Source of the DNA: an uncultured bacterium
GTDB taxonomy: Bacteria; Omnitrophota; Omnitrophia; Omnitrophales; Aquincolibacteriaceae
Direction of reading: 5' to 3'
Length of the DNA: 64,000 nucleotides
Assembly: GCA_964385615.1 (NCBI GenBank)
Contig: CAYLPP010000003.1
Location: 203,288 to 267,287 of the forward strand
The notes under the pieces were generated by a model, which saw nothing but the letters and a program-made list of their open reading frames with translations, was not told the DNA's origin and searched no databases. The position numbers and the translations under genes are program-made. How positions within the stretch are numbered: the first letter of the stretch is position 1; the number at the start of each line of letters is the position of its first letter. Positions 10,601 through 18,730 of the stretch are shown in pieces.

Positions 10601-13600
10601 CAATTTACCGGCAGTAAATGAAGCTTGGCTGTTCGCATAATTAAACCAGAGATCCAATTTCGGATCATCCAGCGGAATCAGCGCCCGGTAACCATAAGAA
10701 ATCGTAATGGTGCCGCCCGGATTGACGGCCATTCCAAAAACCCTCAGCTTGTCATCTTTTCGCGCGATACCATCGGCCTGGAGAAAATGCATAATGGTGG
10801 TCGCGGAAGCGTCGAAAACGGCTTTGCCATCTTTATCCAGAATGGTCAGCCACGGGTCATTAAGATCACCGTTGGCAACCGTAAGAAGAATCGTGTTGCC
10901 GGTGGCCGCATCATAAATCGCGGAGTCGCGGTCATAGTAACCGGTAGCTCCATAGAGATCACCCTTATTGATGACGGTGCCGCTCAAGGCATCGATCAAA
11001 TAATATTTACTCACATTGTTCATGGTGCCCGATCCAAAAATAATGATTTTGCTAGGATCGCCTTCAATGAACTGGACGGTTCCAACCTGGTCAATCATTT
11101 TTGGATCGTCCGCATATTCTTGCAATGAAATTCCGCTGCCCGAAGGGACCGCGGTGAAGCGCAGGATTTCCATATTCGGCTCAGTGGTGCTGTAGCGGAG
11201 AGGAACCACCATAATCACAACGTCCCTGCCGCTCGCATCACGAGTAAGATTAATCCCGGCATTGTTGAGATTACCGTTGAAATTCGGAGCATCGATATCC
11301 GTTCCGCCGATCGAAACTCCGTTTTTATAAATGCGGATGCCGGGGCGAAGCGCCATCGGATTGACATTTTTATTCACAGAAGATCCGGCAAGGAAAACGG
11401 CCCCATCCTTGCCCACTTTGACCGATTCAGGCACAAAGTAGTAGGTGCCTGAAGAAGGAGGAAGATGCGTTGTAAGGGTTTGATGAGTCGCCCGGTTATA
11501 GGTATAAAGATAATTATCATCAGGGAAATTCCCGCTCCCCGTGATAAAGCAAGCGACGACCGCATCGGAAGCACCGCAGGTAATTTTGTGGTCCCAAAAC
11601 TTGTCAGGGAAATCAACGATTTTTTCAACCAGACCGGTTGCCGTGTTGGTAATCACAGCCACCTGATTATGAGTGGAATAACCCGGATTAAGCGGCGCTT
11701 CAATTCTGTTTTGTTCGCCCGCGGTTAAAATCAAATTATTCCCCAAATCGATCGTCATGCCTTTCATGGCCGACTGGGATTCAGGTCCAAAAGTGACCTG
11801 GCCGTCCATGCGAAGGTCGCGGACAATTCTCCGGGCATTGGGGTCTTGAAGATTGTCGGTCCCCATCACCACATATTCCAGGGGCTGGCTCGCGTTAAAA
11901 CCGTCCATGTGGATATCAACATTAGTCTGGCCTTCGACCACATCCTTGAAACCTTTCGAAATCACGCTTCCGTTCATATCCTGAACGAACCAGTAAATTT
12001 TCCCGCCCTGCAGGACGTCAGCGATCTGAAAATTCGCTTCATAGCTGGTTTGAGTAAAAGATAATGTCTTGTTAAAACCCTGCACGACGGCTTTGTAATT
12101 CTGTTCGTCTTTGAGAGTCCGGAAATCGCCTTTGTATTCCTGGATTTCAACGCGCTGCGGAGGCTGGCTCTGATCAAGCGCGAAAACATCAAAGTTGTAC
12201 AGGGTATCCGCTTTAAGAGGCGGCACAGCATTCGTCGTCAAGCGCACGCTGCCGTCCTCCGTGATAAGAGGATCCGTAGCAACCGTCGTCAGCAATTGAT
12301 TGGTGACCGGATCGCGCACTTCCAAAACAACTTTTGTCGGCTGATTAACCCCGGTGACGCTGAATGCGAATGTCGCATTATGAGCGGTTGGGATAATATT
12401 CATATTTTTGAAAGCTACCGTGCGGCCGCCGTTATCGTCGGCTTCGGTCCTGAACTTATTCCGGTACTCCTGCACGTCAACGCGCTCGCCGTTTTCATTA
12501 ACGGCGGTAAGAACAAAGACGTATTCTTTGTCAGGCGTAAGAACCGTGTTCGAAGGAAGGCTGAAAGTTTCGTCCTGCATGAAATCCATTTCGATATGGT
12601 CCACAGGCAGGTTAGTGACAGGATCGTAAATATCAACGTTCACTTTGGTTTTACCCGTCACACCTGAAACTCCGAATTTAAAATCAGCATTATGCTGATG
12701 CGGCGTAACTCTTGGCGACTGGAAAGTAACGGTACGGTCTTGATTTTCATTAGGAATCGTGAAAAATCCAATTTGGCTGGGCCCAGGAGGAATCGGAGTC
12801 AGACTGGAGCCGGCATAGCTCAGGCTGATCTCATAAGCAAATTGGTTCTGCCCCGGCAATAAGTAGGGATCGTAGACAAAATCAATCGCGTCGGGAATAT
12901 CAATGACTACATGCCTCGTTTCACCGGATCCGGTTACCCAAGCTGATCCCGCAACCACCGTTGAATAACCGCCAGGACGGCGTACCACCACAAGAGCCTT
13001 TACCGCGTTGGGCGGAGGGCCGGGAGGCCATGCGCCTTCCGTTATTTTTGCGTCAAAGTTGAAAGTGACATGTCCGACATGAGGGTCTACTGTTTTCCCG
13101 CTAACTTCGCCCTTATGCGGAACGCCGGGATCTTCACCGCCGCTGTCCCGAACCGTAAACTGGTTACCCACGATATGATCCAGCGGCTGGCCGTCCGGAT
13201 CATATAAATCAATATAGAAATCAAAAGTGTCGCCGGCCTGAATATCCGCAGAATCAATCGTAATGACAACATGCCCGGAAGCTGTCATGGTTGCGGTTCC
13301 ATCAAAAGATTGACCGGTCACCGTGTTCGTAATTCTCGTCTTCACGTTTGGACTCGCCAATGACGGCGGCCAGTCTCCGGTCAGAATCACATCAGCTTCC
13401 AGCACCGCATGGCCGGGAGTTCCGCTGCCGGCCGCATTCCCGCTTTGACTGCGGTCAAAATTTCCTTTGGGCGGTGTGGTTTCCCCTCCGCCGCTTCCCG
13501 GCGCGGTCCGAAAACTCTCACCTCCAAACGCGTCTTCCGTCTGCCCGTTTTCAACAATATTCCACGAGATTTTTTTATCAACCGATTGAGGAAGGCCCGT

Positions 13601-16600
13601 GAAAGTTCCTACCCAGGTGTCATTTCCCAGATAAGTCATCATGACATCTTTGATGTCGTAAACAGAATCAACAATCGCGAAAAACAGTTTTTCACCGGGA
13701 TTCAATCCCTGCATTTTGACGGTAACCGTAATATTGGCTGTCTGGGGTCCTGTAACACGGCTCGCGAAAGTAAGATTGCTTTGAGTCACAAACCTCGGAG
13801 GCCATCCCATTTGATAAGTTTTAGCTTCCGGAACTTCCTTCACCAGATCTGTCGCCAGATATGGCTGCCTGACTGCCGGCTCCGCGCCGCCCGTAGAAAT
13901 ATAATTCCTGTCCGGCGGAAACTGGAGTGTCGTTCCATCCTGCAGTTTCGCGACGACAAAAGTATGAAGAAGAGCATTGGCGGGAAGCGAACCCAGCGCC
14001 GCGGACCAGTGATTAGCCGGATTCTGATTTAATGTAACTTTGGTCCAGGAGGCAGGATCCGTATTAGGATCTCCGTAATAAAGATCGGCCCCGACAGGCA
14101 TCGCCATAGGTGAACCCGGATCACCTAATGAAGCAATTGACAAAATGGATTTAAAATCAATCTCCCAGTTACTTCCATCGAAAGCAGGATCTCCAGTCTC
14201 TAACCGGATTTTTCCATTATTGAAATCAAACGTTTGTCCGGAATTCGCGTAGTGATCGGCATTCCATTTATACTTCACGCCTGGAATAATCGGATCAATG
14301 ACCACCGGCGGGTTGGCAGGAGGATCGGATGGATTCACACCTTCCACAGATCCTTTACCGACAACCATTCCACCGCCCTTCGAACCTCGGTTCCAAGTCA
14401 TAAAAACATAGCTGACATCATTTAAATTCGCGACGGGTCCGACAATTTGCGACATTGTAGAAGGAAGCGGATCCCCCGGAATTGTGAACAGAGAAATTTG
14501 CGCACCGTTGGTTTTGATAAACCCGCGCATCCCGGCAAGCGGCACGGGAAGTGACGCGGTATACTGATAACCGTACTTTTCAGGATTCGCGTAGAGCTCC
14601 AGAACGCTTTGCCCCTGATCAAAGTAAGAAATAAATGTTTTTTCACCCTGAGCGTTTAAATCGTCAACTGAAGTGAATCCAACGGGAACAATTCCGCCAT
14701 TGAAAGTAAAATCTGCCGAAGCAATCTGAGTTCCTGAAACGTTATAGCTGTACTGTGTCCCGGGGCCGGGATCAATCGGCGGAGCAAAACCTTCAATGTA
14801 AAATTGTCCTTCCTGACGGTCGGCAATCTCCGCACCCGCGTACTGCAGTCTCACACGGAAATTCCACTGCGTCCCCGCCACGAAATCAATCTGATCGTTA
14901 ATCGTAATCGTCACATGACCGGGCTGCGGTGACCATGCCGTTCCCGCTACAGTCGCCCATCCCTGTCCGGGTCTCATCACTTCGATAATTACTTCCGGCG
15001 AATTCGGAGGCACTCCGTTGCCGGGCCATGAATATCCCGCGTCCGGATAAACATCCAGATTAAACGTCGCTTTTCCGACTTCTCCCGCCGCATGAACATT
15101 CTGAATCACTCCGCGGGGCTGCTGCGCGGGCGGCTGATCGGGGTTATCAGGATTATTCGGGTTGTCCGGAGGAAGCCGGAATGAATGAATGCTGGGAGCA
15201 AAAGACGTTTGAGCGCCGCCAAGCCCTGCCGACGTGGCTTGAGTGTAATCAATCACAAAGTTAAAATCATAGACATCACCCTCAGCGAGCGCTTCCAAAT
15301 CGCCGATCGCGACCCAAAAATCTCCGGCGCCTGGTCCCGCAGTCATCAGCACGTCGCGCGCGTGCGCGGGGCCGGCAACACCATACGTGCTGCGGGGGTA
15401 ATACCGCACCAGAACCTGCTCATTAACCGTAACACCGGAATTAAAATGGACTTTGATCAACTCCGTTTTATCATTCAGAGCGGAGACTCGAAGATTTGAA
15501 TAAGAAACTTCCGCGTAAGGCTGAGGCGTTGAAACCGTATGAACAGCATTGTCGGTATAGGTGTAGTCTGGAATCCCCGTCATGTTCTGCACCGGGTTCT
15601 GCACCGTTCCCGCAGTCGTGAAATAATCCAGATTCGGGCGGAAGGCAAGCCGGTTATCTCCGCTGTTGATCACGAAACGAAGGAAATACTGCTGACCCTG
15701 CTGAAGCCCCTGAACATTCGCGGAGCAGTTACCATTGCTGCAGGTCATGCGTGCCGTAAAAACCGAGGTCCCCTCACCAGGCGCGGCCCAGTACTCAACG
15801 TCCACCGGCCCATTCGGAAGAGTGGCACCGAAAGTCGTGCTGAAATTCACGCTCAGCGTGGCGGAATTCGCCTGAGTTGTATATTGAGTACTGCCAATAT
15901 GAAAGTGCGCGGAAGCGGGCGTGATGAAATAATATTCCTGCCCTTCCCGGCTGTTGTAAGTGTTACTGCTCGAACGGTAAGCCTGTCCGGGTGTTACTGG
16001 ATTTCCGCCTTCTGAGCTCCGCGTTGTAAAACGGTCGATTCCCGGAATAAAGCTGGTGGAAATCGGGATAAAGTTCGGATCGTTCGGATCAAGCGGGCGA
16101 TTGCGACCTCCATATAAAATGGAAACATTGGTGCGGTAGGTCGTATTCGGATTCAAACCGCTCAGATCGACCCGGCATTCCACATTCCCGTCGGCCTGTG
16201 TGGAACAGGACATCAGGGCGATACTGATATTCGGATTGGCGGCGGAAGCGTCCCAATACTGAAGCGAGACAGTGTTACCCGCAGCAAGGCGGACACCACT
16301 GTTAAAGAGCGCGCTGATGGTAGCGGTGTTGGCACCCAGCGACTCCACATTCAGTGCTTTTACGCGAATCGTCAAATTCGGATTATTTCCAACAGGAATC
16401 GTTTGCCAGTTGATCGTGGGCGGATTATTCGGTTCATCAGGGCCGGTCGGTTCCGTCGGTTCAACAGGGATCACGGGGGCAGGCGCGTTAAAACCAATCG
16501 CGGCGTAGAAATCTTCAAGTTTCATATCGACAAACGCGGCCGCGTAGCTGGAAGCCGCTGAAGCCACTGAGAAAGAAATACGGCCTTTGCCGACCGTGAA

Positions 16601-18544
16601 GCTCCAGATATAGGTTCGGCCAAAAGCCGGAGCGCCGATTCTGACTAGAAACGCGTTCATGTCATACGGCCCGCTGACAACATCGCCGTTGGCGTCATAA
16701 ATATAAAGTTCATTGATATTGGTATAACCGCTGTTAATACTGCCTCCCTCTTTGTGCCAAAGCGTCAGCTGGAGGTTGCGCAGTTCGTCACTGTCGGTGT
16801 GCGTAGGCACGGCACTGTGCATCGGGTATAACTGCGGGATGTTCGTGTCTTCAATAACATTACCGGTCAACGCATCAATAACTTGCCGTCCGCCGGCGTA
16901 GAAGCGCACGGCACGGGTATCGCCCGGAATGAGCTCCGTGTAACTGAGCGGAATGCTGCTGTTGGCGACCGGAGCCGAATAAATCCTCCCCATCGCCACG
17001 ATGCCGCCCGCGGTTTTTTCGATCCGCTGGAACTGCGCGTCCTGATTGTAGAGAATCAGTGTGTCCCCATCATACATCGCCAGATCGGTCAAAGAGGGAT
17101 CAATCAGTACGGCGGCGCCGATCGTTTCACCACTAAAAGAAAAACGCTCCACAACCAGCTCATTCCCCCCTCCCCACCAGCTGCTGCTCTGACGTTGTGC
17201 CAGAGCGTACGTATTGCCTTCATTATCCACCGCGACTTTCCCGGTAAACTGAATAAAAAGTTCGTTGCCGTTTGCGTCAACCTCATACCCCGGGAACGGC
17301 CGAATGCTCATGTCTCCAGTCACACTGTTGTAGACATAAAGTTCTGACCCGTAAGGACCGCCTTCAACTACAAAAGCCATGAAGCGCCCGTCCGGTGAAA
17401 CTGTGCCGTACGGAACCATATAATGAGCCATTGAAGGATTATCGCCTGCGTGGAAATCGGAAACTCCTTCAAAAAGAATACGGTCAGTATTACCGTCAGG
17501 CTGATAGATCACCGCGTAGGCGTGCTCACGGCCATTCACGTACGTGCGGCCGACCATAAATGTGTTGCCATTTTTCATGCGGAAAGTACCGCCGTTCCAG
17601 GAAATCCGGACACCGGGAGTCACATAAAGAGGATCAGGGTTTTCAAGGCCTATGGACGGGCCGACATTCACAACCCGTAATCCCGTTTCATCATCTCCCC
17701 ATCCGCCCGGAGGAGGTTCAAGAGGAGGTGTCCCAAGTCCCCCATTGGTAATAGGCCCGCCGCCGCTTCCCGTCACAATTCCATTACCGCGCCCCACGCC
17801 GTAACCGCCGCCGTTCGAACCATCATGAGAAACAAGATAAAGGTAACCGGCCTCCCCTTTGGAAATCGGTTCTTGAGAATTATTGTTAAAGAAAGCGGAA
17901 ACTTTGTTCCACATGGAATCCGTTACACCATTTGCGACATCAAGAGAAAGAAAACGATGAGTGCCTCCCTCATTTTTGTAATAGCCTGTCATTCCGGCAA
18001 AGGGCCCTGAAGCAACTAAAACATACTGATATCCGAACGATTCCGGATTGTTCAGAAGATTCCCGATTGAAGGGCCTCCGCTGATGTAGTTTTGAAAATT
18101 AGAATCGGCGGAGGAACCGCAATCCGCGGAGTATCCGGAAGGAACACTGTTGGATGAGTAGTCGCCCACGCAAATCTGACCGGGTTGAACTTGGGTGCAG
18201 TCTTGACCAAGACAATCGGTATTGTGGTCAGGTTCTCCGCTCGTCAAATCTGCTGAATTTGAATCTTCATTCGAAGTTAAAATACCGGTGTTGGTACCCG
18301 GTTCTTCAGGAGCTGCGGGTGAAAGAGGATTTTCCTGATTAAAATTTTGCCCCGGATCAACGTAAGCAGGCTCAGGTTCTTCCTGTTGATCGGTCGCGGG
18401 AACACCGGGATATTCCACGGCATCCGTTTGAGTGGGCGTTATATCCGAACCCGCAAGAACAGGAACCTGCCCGCTCGTGACAGAAAAGAAAAAGAAAGGA
18501 ACCAAAAGAATCCAGGAGAGTGTCTTTTGGCTGCCTTTTATCAT
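4694..18544 (-). CDS. giant secreted repeat-rich surface protein, about 4,616 aa (beta-propeller-like region, Ig/FN3-like tandem modules, Asp-Gly calcium-binding runs, Pro-Asn linkers)
   Basis: An uninterrupted 13.85-kb ORF. The ATG at 18544 has AGGAG 9 nt upstream, and the N-terminus MIKGSQKTLSWILLVPFFFFSVTSG is a signal peptide. There are at least five copies of a 95-aa module, four copies of an 'ANPxxFGY..AGxNGxYLVK' module, DGDGDGTDDGIDHNGDD, and (PN)n tracts. Confidence 0.8.
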   Translation of the reverse strand: MIKGSQKTLSWILLVPFFFFSVTSGQVPVLAGSDITPTQTDAVEYPGVPATDQQEEPEPAYVDPGQNFNQENPLSPAAPEEPGTNTGILTSNEDSNSADLTSGEPDHNTDCLGQDCTQVQPGQICVGDYSSNSVPSGYSADCGSSADSNFQNYISGGPSIGNLLNNPESFGYQYVLVASGPFAGMTGYYKNEGGTHRFLSLDVANGVTDSMWNKVSAFFNNNSQEPISKGEAGYLYLVSHDGSNGGGYGVGRGNGIVTGSGGGPITNGGLGTPPLEPPPGGWGDDETGLRVVNVGPSIGLENPDPLYVTPGVRISWNGGTFRMKNGNTFMVGRTYVNGREHAYAVIYQPDGNTDRILFEGVSDFHAGDNPSMAHYMVPYGTVSPDGRFMAFVVEGGPYGSELYVYNSVTGDMSIRPFPGYEVDANGNELFIQFTGKVAVDNEGNTYALAQRQSSSWWGGGNELVVERFSFSGETIGAAVLIDPSLTDLAMYDGDTLILYNQDAQFQRIEKTAGGIVAMGRIYSAPVANSSIPLSYTELIPGDTRAVRFYAGGRQVIDALTGNVIEDTNIPQLYPMHSAVPTHTDSDELRNLQLTLWHKEGGSINSGYTNINELYIYDANGDVVSGPYDMNAFLVRIGAPAFGRTYIWSFTVGKGRISFSVASAASSYAAAFVDMKLEDFYAAIGFNAPAPVIPVEPTEPTGPDEPNNPPTINWQTIPVGNNPNLTIRVKALNVESLGANTATISALFNSGVRLAAGNTVSLQYWDASAANPNISIALMSCSTQADGNVECRVDLSGLNPNTTYRTNVSILYGGRNRPLDPNDPNFIPISTSFIPGIDRFTTRSSEGGNPVTPGQAYRSSSNTYNSREGQEYYFITPASAHFHIGSTQYTTQANSATLSVNFSTTFGATLPNGPVDVEYWAAPGEGTSVFTARMTCSNGNCSANVQGLQQGQQYFLRFVINSGDNRLAFRPNLDYFTTAGTVQNPVQNMTGIPDYTYTDNAVHTVSTPQPYAEVSYSNLRVSALNDKTELIKVHFNSGVTVNEQVLVRYYPRSTYGVAGPAHARDVLMTAGPGAGDFWVAIGDLEALAEGDVYDFNFVIDYTQATSAGLGGAQTSFAPSIHSFRLPPDNPNNPDNPDQPPAQQPRGVIQNVHAAGEVGKATFNLDVYPDAGYSWPGNGVPPNSPEVIIEVMRPGQGWATVAGTAWSPQPGHVTITINDQIDFVAGTQWNFRVRLQYAGAEIADRQEGQFYIEGFAPPIDPGPGTQYSYNVSGTQIASADFTFNGGIVPVGFTSVDDLNAQGEKTFISYFDQGQSVLELYANPEKYGYQYTASLPVPLAGMRGFIKTNGAQISLFTIPGDPLPSTMSQIVGPVANLNDVSYVFMTWNRGSKGGGMVVGKGSVEGVNPSDPPANPPVVIDPIIPGVKYKWNADHYANSGQTFDFNNGKIRLETGDPAFDGSNWEIDFKSILSIASLGDPGSPMAMPVGADLYYGDPNTDPASWTKVTLNQNPANHWSAALGSLPANALLHTFVVAKLQDGTTLQFPPDRNYISTGGAEPAVRQPYLATDLVKEVPEAKTYQMGWPPRFVTQSNLTFASRVTGPQTANITVTVKMQGLNPGEKLFFAIVDSVYDIKDVMMTYLGNDTWVGTFTGLPQSVDKKISWNIVENGQTEDAFGGESFRTAPGSGGGETTPPKGNFDRSQSGNAAGSGTPGHAVLEADVILTGDWPPSLASPNVKTRITNTVTGQSFDGTATMTASGHVVITIDSADIQAGDTFDFYIDLYDPDGQPLDHIVGNQFTVRDSGGEDPGVPHKGEVSGKTVDPHVGHVTFNFDAKITEGAWPPGPPPNAVKALVVVRRPGGYSTVVAGSAWVTGSGETRHVVIDIPDAIDFVYDPYLLPGQNQFAYEISLSYAGSSLTPIPPGPSQIGFFTIPNENQDRTVTFQSPRVTPHQHNADFKFGVSGVTGKTKVNVDIYDPVTNLPVDHIEMDFMQDETFSLPSNTVLTPDKEYVFVLTAVNENGERVDVQEYRNKFRTEADDNGGRTVAFKNMNIIPTAHNATFAFSVTGVNQPTKVVLEVRDPVTNQLLTTVATDPLITEDGSVRLTTNAVPPLKADTLYNFDVFALDQSQPPQRVEIQEYKGDFRTLKDEQNYKAVVQGFNKTLSFTQTSYEANFQIADVLQGGKIYWFVQDMNGSVISKGFKDVVEGQTNVDIHMDGFNASQPLEYVVMGTDNLQDPNARRIVRDLRMDGQVTFGPESQSAMKGMTIDLGNNLILTAGEQNRIEAPLNPGYSTHNQVAVITNTATGLVEKIVDFPDKFWDHKITCGASDAVVACFITGSGNFPDDNYLYTYNRATHQTLTTHLPPSSGTYYFVPESVKVGKDGAVFLAGSSVNKNVNPMALRPGIRIYKNGVSIGGTDIDAPNFNGNLNNAGINLTRDASGRDVVIMVVPLRYSTTEPNMEILRFTAVPSGSGISLQEYADDPKMIDQVGTVQFIEGDPSKIIIFGSGTMNNVSKYYLIDALSGTVINKGDLYGATGYYDRDSAIYDAATGNTILLTVANGDLNDPWLTILDKDGKAVFDASATTIMHFLQADGIARKDDKLRVFGMAVNPGGTITISYGYRALIPLDDPKLDLWFNYANSQASFTAGKLVELIKKYDDGKGPGGGDIDPGDGGGDETGGDQTMPFVKSASGGKIYTNQIGLGTLLGNLQDAGGAELYLNDNGTVVKKGQALSFAFQNGAVYAKPDGEAIPVWVRNTSDGSYEETPRKGGELCGLREDCYGRVLVGSVGPGGVIFTKGGGDFPDNEPAKFYKYSIPRAVEITLANGDKVKRNVVDRTEIIIPNFNAKDKNGFKKTVYNVEPNSDGTFTVFGFNGKGTKPENAGDGEFFLMRVDSTGHIVNQTSFKMLNMDYLNNPGLSAGDARMTRTSSGLVVYGIIEKPAQPGNLEMNSYLNIVTYDDQLHVIKSQSVQLDTPEPDGTKKYSFSTLDHVEIPQGGSSIVVTGDSYAEVNFGTGAMISRFEFAVDNNTPAGVQVHDHNTALTLKGSGGLGDWSMTLLFSQQYNDSGVFQHASVTVASLTGRGGPFIEGKYYSNIVQGMSRGMDNFFAAIGMASSPYTIEGVDLLKTSEGILFFWDNGNNSGRLSSSAASPACPFLSWLETGSINCGMVDGDGDGTDDGIDHNGDDINPGDKGSDPWPPQNPLRGYDISNTVTAAAKFVQVGSEYQITSGGFSRFDAVSPDLAAIYANPGQFGYSLTSAPSAGYNGTYLVKQRVESGNSYYSILTIPGQPLDRIVVDFIRANLPDVAIEDISYVALEMQSGFTLSGKMTVGMLPQGDGPLPNPNPNPAPQPNPNPNPNPNPNPNPGNGQPVQGMATLSIIQSSAQFPNPGTANFELTLAPAAGSTFENLSPQGIISINIVHEEGNNMTTPAGGGAAYISGSGQVIVPTTFWNIYGNGTTLHFTITITQNGENIANTIEGDFVVGQGFTLSPTPTPPTQNPGQPQTMIGDVSVQSTVISQLAGSATFDFDFTELSGLQNYNPPVEAHVVVKYHDENGFAFGWQGQEQFAPGHVSMTAYLYPNGIQAGEQLYYEITMTQNGIPVASPRTGIFIYGQNQNPPAPGPGQGPENPVPPAPPQGPENPVGPVSNWGPEGPQPGQQYARANVLGITSQAGTPGAPPGIPETPGSATIVIRTDEIGNEWPENMTPPAAISLQVDVQHPYYFYPYTSRSGTAWITQDGQISSFDFSIPGSAPAGTRFDYVIHVSYAGQALDTPITGFFILGESTGNPIPPTGPQNPQEPELPEAPEPQEPPFIPSTRIVRDPNVIPDGMNISAGPNEQYMIAYWPSPSSGGAGNTLFHRDIEEDDRPLFGKFNQSTGEFTEIIISESDLVVLLGEPLAGHNFGDYGNVRSANSANKRFMAGTIGNRFGYVYNTVTMEKKIFELNINDPDYYAFKSVDVDDNGNLLLYTNSYESDPKIYVFDRFGNGGLAASSSIGNFHIGGGVYKPMHVSGNKLYLVGTSADEEKVVVQTFNLSGTSLTSQGLTEYETGRMSGILMTQGRDELVVSTGNSGGNLKLINLVSGGIRSIPGTYTNSGEAFAVGNDTLIIGAGNSGRGLLIKDNNTVIELDIMTLMKNYVVSLGDNADGVLSINDVDRSGDTFGINFTNLNVWSTEQHGHMYHYTLRVSLSTIVASVFPSAPVPAPGPDQPPANPNPNPAPQPNPNPNPAPQPNPAPNPGPQPQPNPNPNPNPGAPLSPNQAPTSIPGSQVVTASISYIGGNWNTGTFGQPVPVESLPIDIAAIFANPSAFGYEWGSAPMAGLNGNYLVKKTGQSGNLRHSILMQPPLDDFVLGLISDKLTEEQLQNISFVNIELLSGVITNGSIRVGYNSETAAYSGSAKISAAASVTAPTAPVYVETVSFENVVIQQTVFLNTNSTAPVRSIEVKNLPLPPAPVRTVSVTPVSAPVQTVSVTPKAAASPALESPITLTVPEVLTVSGGEPSAVFGGGFEWNQNLTRTVFSAMPDFSNPMLFNTVPVISGNAAEINSVMGYQASVFAGTPYYPPAEIRTEKSQSSESVMNLSNNGSVNGPSAQVAENISGPTTLERLVNDVRDRNRVNPS

Positions 18545-18730
18545 CCGATGAGACTCCTGTAGCGTAGATTTTGATAAATTCTTTTTAAGAACATATATAA
18601 AGTAATTTATACTACGGGTATCTATAATACAAACGAGTTTTGGAAAATAGACGTCTTTGATGTGAAATGCTATGCAAAGCCATAGAATGTTATAAATTGA
18701 AGATACACCATAGGTGGGAAATTGCAAATC
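18545..18730 (-). promoter_or_regulatory. AT-rich intergenic region with candidate sigma70-like promoter and RBS for the first giant gene
   Basis: A 186-bp AT-rich gap. On the minus strand TTGTAT-N15-17-TATAAA and TTGCAA-N16-TATCTT are possible -35/-10 pairs. AGGAG precedes the ATG. No experimental support. Confidence 0.25.
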
